From NCBI GenBank assembly GCA_040756235.1, contig JBFLZG010000006.1:32505-96504 (forward strand): a stretch of 64,000 bases of DNA. Direction: 5' to 3'. Shown one piece after another: positions 47,967 through 55,898 of the stretch. Within the stretch, counting starts at the first letter, position 1. Each line of letters begins with the position of its first letter. Source of the DNA: a bacterium (GTDB lineage: Bacteria; Desulfobacterota; DSWW01). A program made the translations under genes and the position numbers. Below the pieces are notes generated by a model. It saw only the letters and a list, made by a program, of their open reading frames with translations, was not told where the DNA came from and did not search any database.

Positions 47967-49358
47967 TCAATCGTCCGTTGAGGTCAGTGGCAGCTTCACC
48001 ACGATCGTCGTGCCCTGTCCTTCGGCGCTCGTCACCTCCAGCTTCCCCGCGTGGTTCTGGATGATGCCCATGCTCACGGAAAGCCCGAGGCCCGTCCCTT
48101 TTTCCTTCGTGGTGAAGAAAGGATCGAAGATCCTCTGCAGGTTCTGCTCGCTGATCCCCAGGCCGGTGTCCTTGAACCGGATCTCGATGTAATCCCCGTT
48201 GAGCCCGGCGTCGATGTACAAGGTTCCCCCCGAGGGCATGGCCTCCTGGGCATTCACGATCAGGTTCATGAACACCTGCTGGATCTGATCGGTATCGAAC
48301 ATGATGGCAGGCAGGTTCTCAGGAACGTTCCTCCGGATCTCGACGCTGCGGAAGTCCTTGTGGTTCTCGATCAGAGAAAGCGTCTTGTTGAGCACCTGGA
48401 CGATGTCCTGCTGATTCTTCTCCGGCTGGCTCTGGCGGGCGAAATCGAGCAACCCCTTGATGATCTTCTTGCACCGTTTGGTTTCCCGAAGGACCACGTC
48501 GATGTCCTGCTGCACCTGGTCCTGGTCGGGACAGGCCTCTTTCACGAAATGGGAGAAGTGGAGAATTCCCGTAAGCGGACTGTTGAGCTCGTGCGCGATC
48601 CCGGCCGAAAGCTTGCCCAGGGAGGCGAGCTTCTCGGTTTGAACCAGCAGGTTCTGCCGTTTGATCAGCTCGCGGTTGGCGAGCTCGAGCTCGGCCGACT
48701 TCCTCTCGAGCTGGGTCTTGGTGAGAAAGAGCTCCTCCTCCCTCCTGCGAACGCTGCGGCTGATCGAGTTGGTCATGTAGACGGTCATGAAGATGGTCGC
48801 CAGAAAGGACACGGCCCCTGCCCAGAGGTAAGGCACATTGGTCCAGAGCTGGTCCGTGGCGAACCCCGGGAGGTGATAGTGGCGGATCACTCTGAAATAG
48901 GAGAGGACGAGGAGCAGAACCAGGATCGCCATCGCACCTATGGCCTGGTACCAGATGTCGCGGCCCGTGAGCAGGATGCTGCCCAGGATCATGTGAAAAA
49001 CGAAGAAGAAGATGAACGGGTTCTCGATCCCTCCGCTGTAGTGGACCAGGAAGACCAGGCACAGGAGGTCGAGCCCGATCTGCAGGTTGGCCTCGATCCT
49101 GAGATCGCGGAACGTGATCACCCTTTCAGGCGTGCGCCTCCTGCTGCGGTGAAGAAAGAAGAAGAGGAGGTTGTAGACGACGACGGTCCCTCCGATCAGG
49201 AGGAAGGGGAGCCTGTCGATCCCGACCCCAAAGACCTGCAATGCGAAAAACAGGACGCCGCCCAGCGCCAGGAGGAAGAGCCACCTCAACTTCACGAACC
49301 AGTTCAGGCGGGCGAGGAGCTCTTCCTGAGTGGGAGGGAAGACGGCTCGGGCGGCCAT
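47967..49358 (-). CDS. Membrane histidine kinase with RegB-like GGxxNPF motif
   Basis: ~6 TM helices, LRW, SGGIENPF; AHELNSPL; FDPFFTTK..GTGLGL. Confidence 0.92.
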   Translation of the reverse strand: MAARAVFPPTQEELLARLNWFVKLRWLFLLALGGVLFFALQVFGVGIDRLPFLLIGGTVVVYNLLFFFLHRSRRRTPERVITFRDLRIEANLQIGLDLLCLVFLVHYSGGIENPFIFFFVFHMILGSILLTGRDIWYQAIGAMAILVLLLVLSYFRVIRHYHLPGFATDQLWTNVPYLWAGAVSFLATIFMTVYMTNSISRSVRRREEELFLTKTQLERKSAELELANRELIKRQNLLVQTEKLASLGKLSAGIAHELNSPLTGILHFSHFVKEACPDQDQVQQDIDVVLRETKRCKKIIKGLLDFARQSQPEKNQQDIVQVLNKTLSLIENHKDFRSVEIRRNVPENLPAIMFDTDQIQQVFMNLIVNAQEAMPSGGTLYIDAGLNGDYIEIRFKDTGLGISEQNLQRIFDPFFTTKEKGTGLGLSVSMGIIQNHAGKLEVTSAEGQGTTIVVKLPLTSTDD

Positions 49359-49441
49359 GGCGGGTCCTGCCTCATCGCGGGCGGGCGATTTTTTTAATTA
49401 TATTGGGATTTTACGCATAGGCGTGGGCTCTGTCAACAGGG

Positions 49442-49460
49442 TGTATCGGCGACAGATACA
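49442..49460. promoter_or_regulatory. Putative enhancer (UAS1) TGTATC-N7-GATACA
   Basis: Perfect palindromic arms ~250 bp upstream of sigma-54 promoter. Confidence 0.6.
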
Positions 49461-49562
49461 GCGTGCCCTTGAGCACGGAAACCCGGGACGTTCGGTCTGC
49501 CCGGAAAAATGGAGCATTGGCGACCACTTCAATGGTGTGACATCCGTCTCCCGCTGCCCGAG

Positions 49563-49581
49563 TGTATAAGACGAAGATACA
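49563..49581. promoter_or_regulatory. Putative enhancer (UAS2) TGTATA-N7-GATACA
   Basis: Second copy, 121 bp from UAS1. Confidence 0.6.
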
Positions 49582-49691
49582 AGAGCCCGCCTCGAGCTGC
49601 TGCTTGCACTCCTCGAAACGCCTCGGTGAATGCAAATTTTCCTTTAGTCTACGGCCATTTGGCTTGAATCGACGGCCGCTTCCCGCGTGCC

Positions 49692-49707
49692 TGGCACAGG
49701 CTTTGAT
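49692..49707 (+). promoter_or_regulatory. Sigma-54 promoter TGGCAC-AGGCT-TTGAT
   Basis: Perfect -24 box, correct spacing, -12 GA variant. Confidence 0.6.
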
Positions 49708-49775
49708 TAACCCCTGGGCGAAGCCCGAGAACGCAAGCCCGAAAACACCTGACCCGAGACACAAAGGAGGCGGCC

Positions 49776-50219
49776 ATGAAAGCGAGGAAGCGGGCGATCG
49801 GATATGTGTGTGACATCCCGGTCAATGGGACGGACGTGACGATCGGCAAGGAGGACCAGAAGCTCAGGATCCTGAAGCATGCGGCCAAGGAGAACCTGGA
49901 TCTGGTCTGCATCTTCGAGGACGAGCTCTTCACGGAGAACCCGCTGGACCGCCCGGGTGTCAACAAGGCGCTCAACTGCGGCGAGGAATTCGACGTGCTC
50001 CTGGTGGAGCGCGTGTGGGCGCTGAGCCGCAAGATGAGGGAGCTGAACCCGTTCCTGACCCGCGTGGACGCGAGGCGCGTTCCCCTGGTGGCCACTTCGT
50101 ACCTCTGGGACGTCGTCAGCCAGAGAGTCCGCCGCCGCTACAGTGAGGGTCCTGCCGAGCGGTGCAGGCGGGAGGCGAGAGCTTTGGCCGTAGCCAGGAA
50201 CAGCAAGAGGGCAGCTTGA
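49776..50219 (+). CDS. Serine-recombinase (resolvase catalytic) fold protein lacking catalytic Ser, copy 1
   Basis: RAIGYV..Q..FED..DRPG..FDVLLV..LSR pattern; YxRxS replaced by YVCDIP; AAAGGAGG RBS. Confidence 0.75.
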   Translation: MKARKRAIGYVCDIPVNGTDVTIGKEDQKLRILKHAAKENLDLVCIFEDELFTENPLDRPGVNKALNCGEEFDVLLVERVWALSRKMRELNPFLTRVDARRVPLVATSYLWDVVSQRVRRRYSEGPAERCRREARALAVARNSKRAA

Positions 50220-50269
50220 TCGAATCCCGGGCGAGACGGAACGCAGACCGCCACAAGGAGGGAGTTATC

Positions 50270-50707
50270 ATGAAGAAGACGCGCAGAGCCATCGGATACG
50301 TGTGCGAGATCCCGATTCCGGGGACGGACTTGACCATCAGCAAGGAGTTTCAGAAGCAGCGCCTCCAGAGCTATGCCCGGTGGGAAAGGATCGACCTGGT
50401 GGACGTGATCGAGGAGGACGGTTACCACGAAGACTTCATGGGCAGGCCGGGCATTCAGCACATCCTGAACGGTCCCCATGACGTGGACACGGTGCTCGTG
50501 GAGAGAGTGTGGTGTCTGAGCCGCAAGCGTAAGGACTTGGAGCCCTTCCTGTGGGCGCTCGATCAGAAGCGCGTCGAGCTCCGCGCGAGCTCCTACCTGT
50601 GGGACTGCCTGAGCCAGCACGTGCGCCACCGGTACATGGGTACGCTGGCGGAGAAGCGGAAGAACGAAATCAAGCCTGCGGAAAACGGCAAGCGGGAAGC
50701 GGCCTAG
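50270..50707 (+). CDS. Serine-recombinase fold protein lacking catalytic Ser, copy 2
   Basis: Paralog of 49776-50219 (RAIGYVCEIP, RPG, LVERVWCLSRK, SYLWD..SQ); AAGGAGG RBS. Confidence 0.75.
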   Translation: MKKTRRAIGYVCEIPIPGTDLTISKEFQKQRLQSYARWERIDLVDVIEEDGYHEDFMGRPGIQHILNGPHDVDTVLVERVWCLSRKRKDLEPFLWALDQKRVELRASSYLWDCLSQHVRHRYMGTLAEKRKNEIKPAENGKREAA

Positions 50708-50750
50708 GCATCTTGCATCGTGCCGGAGTCAAGGCCGAGGAGGTAGTCCG

Positions 50751-52880
50751 ATGGAACTGACGGCAGACCTAGCGCAGCGGGCAATGTTCTGGCACATTGA
50801 GCGACCCTACAAGTTCCTCATTTACCCCCTGGCCCTCGTAGCGTTTTGCATCTGTGCCTACGGGTTCTACAGGAAGTACAGGTTCTGGATGGCCGGACGG
50901 CCAGATCCTTCGCGTTTGCGCGATTGGGGCAAGCGACTGAAGCTCCTCCTCTGGGAAATCCCCTTCCAGAGCCGGGTGCTCAAGGACCGCTCGTCAGGCG
51001 TCATGCACGTGCTGATCTTCTGGCCCTTCCTGGCCCTGCTCGTGACGACCCTGGTGATCCTGGTCGACCTGGATTTCGGTATCCCCATCTACCGGGGCAG
51101 TTTTTACCTGCTCGTCAGTCTTGCGGCAGACGTGTCCGGGCTCGTCCTCTTTGCGGGTCTGGTGTTGGCCGCAGTCCGCAGATACGTGCTCAAGCCGGAG
51201 CGCATCGAGAACCGGTGGGACGACGGCTTCGTGCTCGGCCTGCTGGTCGTTTCCGTGGCAACCGGTTTCCTGCTCGAAGGAATTCGCATCCGCTACACCC
51301 ATGACCCATGGGCATGGTACTCGCCCGTTGGTTACCTGGTCTCGCTGGCGGTCGGCGGCATGGAGGAACGGACGGTGGCGGCCACGGCCCGAGTCGTCTG
51401 GTGGTCCCATTTCGCCGTTCTCTTCGTGTTCATCGCCGCCTTTCCATACACGAAGCTGTTTCACATGGTGCTGGTCCCATTGAACGTCTTCTTCAGCTCG
51501 GTCGAGCCCAAAGGGTCGCTGCCCCGGGTCGACATCGAAGCCCTGCTGAATCAGCCGGACGCCGAGACGGATTTCAACGTAGGCGTGAGTACGGTTGGTG
51601 ATCTCACCTGGAAACAGCGCCTCGACCTGGATGCCTGCATCGGGTGCGGCAGATGCCTGGACAACTGCCCGGCCCACCTGGCGCACCATCCGCTTTCGCC
51701 CAAGAAGCTCATGGCGGATCTGAAGGAGTTCTCCTGGAGCCAGTACGCCCGCTCGAACGGCAACGGCAACAACGGCAACGGGAGCGCGGGCGCCGCGTCC
51801 GGCGATCCGAGCCAGACGACTCCCCCGGACCCGCCGCTCATCGTGGGAGGAGCGTTCGACCCCGTGACGATCTGGGAGTGCCGGACCTGCCGGGCTTGCA
51901 TGGAGGTCTGTCCGTCCCGGATCGACCATATCCCGCAGATCATGGAGCTGCGCAGGGCCGAGGTCATGATGCGCGGCCAGGTGCCGCAGGACGCGGCCAT
52001 CGCCCTGAAGACCATGGAGAGAACCGGCAACCCCTTCGGACCGCAGGAGGCGCGCGTCCAGTGGATCCAGGAAGCGCAGATCCCGGTCCTGGGGCCCGGG
52101 GACGAGTGCGACGTGCTCTTCTGGATCGGATGCTGCACCACTTATGATCTCTGCAAGCAGAAAGTGGCCCTGAACGTCATCAGCATCCTGAAGGAAGTCG
52201 GCCTGAAGGTCGCGGTGCTGGGTGACGACGAGCAGTGCTGCGGCGACCCGGCCCGCTCCCTGGGCGACGAGAACGTGTTCCAGACGATCGTCAAGAACCA
52301 GATCCAGCTCATCCAGAGCCGCAAGTTCAAGGTGCTGGTCGCCCACTGCGCGCACTGCTACAACGTTTTCAAGAACGACTACCGGCAGTTCGGGGCCACG
52401 TTCCCGGTTCTGCACCACACCGAGCTGATCGCCCAGCTGCTGCGGGAAGGCACCCTCAAGCTGAACGTTCCGATCCACCACAAGGTCACCTATCACGACC
52501 CCTGCTATCTGGGGCGGTTCAACGACAATTACGAGAATCCGAGGGAGATCCTCAGGGCGATCCGGGGGCTCGAGCTGGTGGAAATGAAGAACAACCGGGA
52601 ACACGCCCGGTGCTGCGGAGGGGGCGGAGGGCACTACTGGATGGATATACCGAACGGAGAGAGGCTCAACGTGCACCGCGCCAGAGAGGCCCTGGACACG
52701 GGAGCCGACATCGTGGCCGTGGGCTGCATCTACTGCCTCCACATGCTCGACGATGCGTTCAAGATTCTCAACGTGGACGACAAGATGGCGGTGTACGACA
52801 TTTCCGAGCTGGTGGTGGTGGCCAAGGGGATCTCGGTCGACAAGGCCCTCGCCTGCGACATCCAGCCCCTGGCAGCCTGA
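50751..52880 (+). CDS. Membrane Fe-S oxidoreductase (NarI-like TM + 2x[4Fe-4S] + 2 CCG domains; HdrF/FadF/EMO-like)
   Basis: TM His residues (MHVLI, WSHF, KLFH); CIGCGRCLDNCP, CRTCRACMEVCP; CCGD, YHDPCYLGR, CCGGGGG. Confidence 0.9.
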   Translation: MELTADLAQRAMFWHIERPYKFLIYPLALVAFCICAYGFYRKYRFWMAGRPDPSRLRDWGKRLKLLLWEIPFQSRVLKDRSSGVMHVLIFWPFLALLVTTLVILVDLDFGIPIYRGSFYLLVSLAADVSGLVLFAGLVLAAVRRYVLKPERIENRWDDGFVLGLLVVSVATGFLLEGIRIRYTHDPWAWYSPVGYLVSLAVGGMEERTVAATARVVWWSHFAVLFVFIAAFPYTKLFHMVLVPLNVFFSSVEPKGSLPRVDIEALLNQPDAETDFNVGVSTVGDLTWKQRLDLDACIGCGRCLDNCPAHLAHHPLSPKKLMADLKEFSWSQYARSNGNGNNGNGSAGAASGDPSQTTPPDPPLIVGGAFDPVTIWECRTCRACMEVCPSRIDHIPQIMELRRAEVMMRGQVPQDAAIALKTMERTGNPFGPQEARVQWIQEAQIPVLGPGDECDVLFWIGCCTTYDLCKQKVALNVISILKEVGLKVAVLGDDEQCCGDPARSLGDENVFQTIVKNQIQLIQSRKFKVLVAHCAHCYNVFKNDYRQFGATFPVLHHTELIAQLLREGTLKLNVPIHHKVTYHDPCYLGRFNDNYENPREILRAIRGLELVEMKNNREHARCCGGGGGHYWMDIPNGERLNVHRAREALDTGADIVAVGCIYCLHMLDDAFKILNVDDKMAVYDISELVVVAKGISVDKALACDIQPLAA

Positions 52881-53022
52881 AGAAGGAGCGGCCGGCCGGC
52901 GGAGACGAGCAAGCGGAGTCCCCACCGAGAGAGGCGGGCGACCGGATCTGCCGGCGCCCGACCTCTCTCTTCCATCAGGCCGCGCGGAAGGAGGGGCCGG
53001 CAGAGGTGCCCCCTTCTTCTCT

Positions 53023-53133
53023 GTCATTCCGGCGCAGGCCGGAGTCCAGTCCCTGCACCCGTCATTGCCGCTGTTCTTGAGGCAGGCTTCTGGATCCCGG
53101 CTCGCACGCGCTCCGCAGCCGGGCGGGGATGAC
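53023..53133 (+). repeat. REPIN-like composite palindrome
   Basis: Same architecture as 5131-5241; followed by partial unit and REP to 53234. Confidence 0.82.
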
Positions 53134-53255
53134 GAAAAAAGACAGGCGCAGGCGGGAATCCAGTCCCCGTGCCCTGTGATTCGAGATGGTCGCGGTGTAG
53201 CCTCGGGAAGGGCGACGCAGGCGTCGCCCTTACAAGGCCAGCGCGTGCAGCGGGC

Positions 53256-54146
53256 TCACCCCTCGGCGGCCCCGATCCGCAGAGAGCGCCTGGCCATGTC
53301 CACGATCTCCTCGGCCGAGTACTTGTCGTCCATCAGGAGACGGTAGCAGAGAAAATCAAGAGCTCCCAGGATCATGTAGCTCAGCAGCTCCGGGTCCGCC
53401 GGCGTCTCGGGGACGCGACCCTCTTCACGTGCCCGGCGCAGGTCGTCGGCCATCGGGTCCAGCATCCTCCGGTAGATCGCTTGAATGCTCAGCTCCGGCC
53501 TGCTCTCGGGGCCGATCGACTCGGCGCGAATGATGTCGAAGATCTTGTGGTACCTCTTGTAGAAGGCGACGTACGCCTTGCCCCGCGTGACCATACGCGC
53601 GAGATAGTCAGCTTCTGCGGCGATCTTCTGCTCGGTTTTCGTGAGCTCCTGGACAAGGTGGTCAAAGACGGCGACCAGAAGGTCGTGCTTGTTCTTGAAG
53701 TAGAGGTAAAAGGTTGCCTTGGAGATGTGCAGGGCGTCCGTGATGTGGCTCACGTGAGTGCGGGGATAGCCCCTGGACGAGAAAAGCTCCACGGCGGTCT
53801 CGAGGATTCTCTCTCGCTGCTTCTTGCCGATCGGGCCGGCCCCGGACTCCGTTCCGGGATCCGCCGTCCTGGCCGCCAACGCTCTCCACTGCTCTCCGAA
53901 TCGAGTCTGAAGCTCCCGGCGTACGGCGGCGATCGGCAGGTCCCGTTCCTCCCGCAGATTGCGGATGAACCGGAGACATTCCAGATGGGCGCTCGTGTAG
54001 AGCGCCATCGTACGGCCGGTCTTCAGGGGCGGAGGAAGCAGCCCCTCTCTGTAGTAATAATGGATCGTGTAACGGCTGACTCCCGCCTTTTCGGCCAGCT
54101 CCCTGATGCGCATCCAGTCGTGCGAAACCCCGACGGGTGAGTCCAT
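53256..54146 (-). CDS. MerR-HTH + TetR fusion transcriptional regulator
   Basis: IRELAEKAGVSRYTIHYYYREGLL (MerR) then ILETAVELFS..GY..ISKATFYLYFKNK (TetR). Confidence 0.9.
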   Translation of the reverse strand: MDSPVGVSHDWMRIRELAEKAGVSRYTIHYYYREGLLPPPLKTGRTMALYTSAHLECLRFIRNLREERDLPIAAVRRELQTRFGEQWRALAARTADPGTESGAGPIGKKQRERILETAVELFSSRGYPRTHVSHITDALHISKATFYLYFKNKHDLLVAVFDHLVQELTKTEQKIAAEADYLARMVTRGKAYVAFYKRYHKIFDIIRAESIGPESRPELSIQAIYRRMLDPMADDLRRAREEGRVPETPADPELLSYMILGALDFLCYRLLMDDKYSAEEIVDMARRSLRIGAAEG

Positions 54147-54264
54147 GGATACTCCACAGTCGGTATGCAGTCAGCTGATAGGATCTGCACAACGTCTACC
54201 CAAAAAAGAAAATAATATCAAGCCAAGTTTAGAGGATATGGATGAATCCGGTCCAATATTTTTC

Positions 54265-54293
54265 TTGACAATGCGCACCTCGAAAGATATACA
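54265..54293 (+). promoter_or_regulatory. Sigma-70 promoter TTGACA-17-TATACA
   Basis: Consensus -35, 17-bp spacer, near-consensus -10; palindromic AGAAC..GTTCT immediately downstream (54294-54313). Confidence 0.6.
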
Positions 54294-54394
54294 AGAACGT
54301 ACACGTCAGTTCTATAATGCATAGTCATTAAGAGCGCTCGAAAGCCCGGAGTGAAGGGGAGCGCGAGACCAAGGAAAAGGGAGGGCCGCCAGAC

Positions 54395-55858
54395 ATGCGG
54401 GCGCAAGAAGAGCTCGTGAGCATCGTCGGCAGTCCGAATTTCGCGGATCGGCCGCAAGCGCTGGAGAAGTACTCGGACGATCTGAGCCTCGTGCCGCGGA
54501 TCAGGCCCGGCGCCGCCGTGAAAGCGAGCAGCGCCGAGAAGGTGAAAGCCGTCGTGAAGTGGGCGAACGAGACCCGGACGCCCCTCGTACCGGTCAGCTC
54601 GGGGGCGCCTCACGTTCACGGCTCCGCTGTTCCGAGCGTGGGTGGGGCGGTGGTCGTCGATCTGAGCGGCATGAACAAGGTCATCCGCGTGGACCGGCGG
54701 AACCGGGTGGCCATGATCGAACCCGGGGTCACGTTCGATGAGCTGATCCCCGCGGTGGAGAAAGAGGGGCTGGCGGCCCCCATGCCGCTGGTGCCCCGCA
54801 GCCGGAAGTCCGTGGTGACGAGCTTTCTCGAGAGAACGCCCGTCACCACCCCGAGGTTTCACTGGGAGCCGCAAGACCCCTTGCAGTGCGTCGAGGTGAT
54901 CTATGGCACCGGCGATCTGATGCGGACCGGGTCGGCCGTGATGCCGGCCTCGCTCGAGAGGCAATGGGCCCTCGGCAGGGCCCAGTTGCGAGGCATGGGA
55001 CCGTCACAGGTTGATTTCACGAGATTGCTGCAGGGCGCCCAGGGCACGATGGGGATCGTGACCTGGGCCACGATCAAGTGCAGACCCCTGGCCAGGCGCA
55101 AGAAGATGTTCCTGGTCGCGGGCGAGCAGCTGGGCCCGCTCGTCGAGATGGCTTACGAGATCACCTTCAGGAAGCTCGGCGACGAGTTGCTGGTCCTGAA
55201 CAAGGCGGGTCTCGCTGCGATCCTCGGAAAAGACCGGGAAGAGATCGAAACCATTCGGGCACAGCTGCCCTCATGGGTTCTCGTTCTGGGGATCGAGGGG
55301 TCAGGGGTGCTGCCCGAAGAAAGAGTCGCCTACCAGGAGGCCGAGTCTTCAGAGGTCGCTCGACCCTTGGGGCTCGAGCTGAAGGGGGTCATTGCCGGCA
55401 CAAGGGCGGAGAAGGTGTCCGAGGTGTTGGGCCGCCCCTCGTCCGAGCCTTACTGGAAGCTCAGGGTGCAGGGGGCATTCAGCGAGATCTTCTTCCTCAC
55501 GACCCTCGACCGGGCGGCTGACTTTGTTGCAACCGTCCGCGGCCTGGCCGCGAGATGCCGGTACGACGCGGACACGATCGGAGTCTATGTCCAGCCCACG
55601 GTCCAGGGGGCGAACGGTCACGTGGAGCTCACCTTCCCCTATGCGCCGCAGGCCCGCCAGGAGGCGGACAAGGTCAGACGTCTGATGGAGGAGGGTGCCG
55701 AGGCGCTGGCCTCAAGGGGCGCGTTCTTCTCCAGGCCTTACGGGCCGTGGGCCCGGATCGCTTACCGGGGGGATGCGCAGGTGGCGGTCGGGCAGAGGAA
55801 GCTCAAGAACATCTTCGATCCCCACGGCATCCTGAACCCGGGGAAACTCTGCTTCTGA
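54395..55858 (+). CDS. FAD-binding oxidoreductase (GlcD/VAO family)
   Basis: VVDLSGMNKV, IEPGVT, GAQGTMGIVT, FDPHGILNPGK. Confidence 0.88.
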   Translation: MRAQEELVSIVGSPNFADRPQALEKYSDDLSLVPRIRPGAAVKASSAEKVKAVVKWANETRTPLVPVSSGAPHVHGSAVPSVGGAVVVDLSGMNKVIRVDRRNRVAMIEPGVTFDELIPAVEKEGLAAPMPLVPRSRKSVVTSFLERTPVTTPRFHWEPQDPLQCVEVIYGTGDLMRTGSAVMPASLERQWALGRAQLRGMGPSQVDFTRLLQGAQGTMGIVTWATIKCRPLARRKKMFLVAGEQLGPLVEMAYEITFRKLGDELLVLNKAGLAAILGKDREEIETIRAQLPSWVLVLGIEGSGVLPEERVAYQEAESSEVARPLGLELKGVIAGTRAEKVSEVLGRPSSEPYWKLRVQGAFSEIFFLTTLDRAADFVATVRGLAARCRYDADTIGVYVQPTVQGANGHVELTFPYAPQARQEADKVRRLMEEGAEALASRGAFFSRPYGPWARIAYRGDAQVAVGQRKLKNIFDPHGILNPGKLCF

Positions 55859-55898
55859 CGCGCGGGACGTTCGCGCAACAATCAGGAGGATCGTGCCA

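Noticed and set aside
49776..50707. Active resolvase pair marking a mobile element
   Set aside because: Catalytic Arg/Ser and DNA-binding domain are absent; no res/att sites or transposase; genes sit in a metabolic operon.
51756..51782. AACGGC repeats (NGNGNNGNG) in the Fe-S oxidoreductase
   Set aside because: In-frame low-complexity linker between the two ferredoxin motifs.
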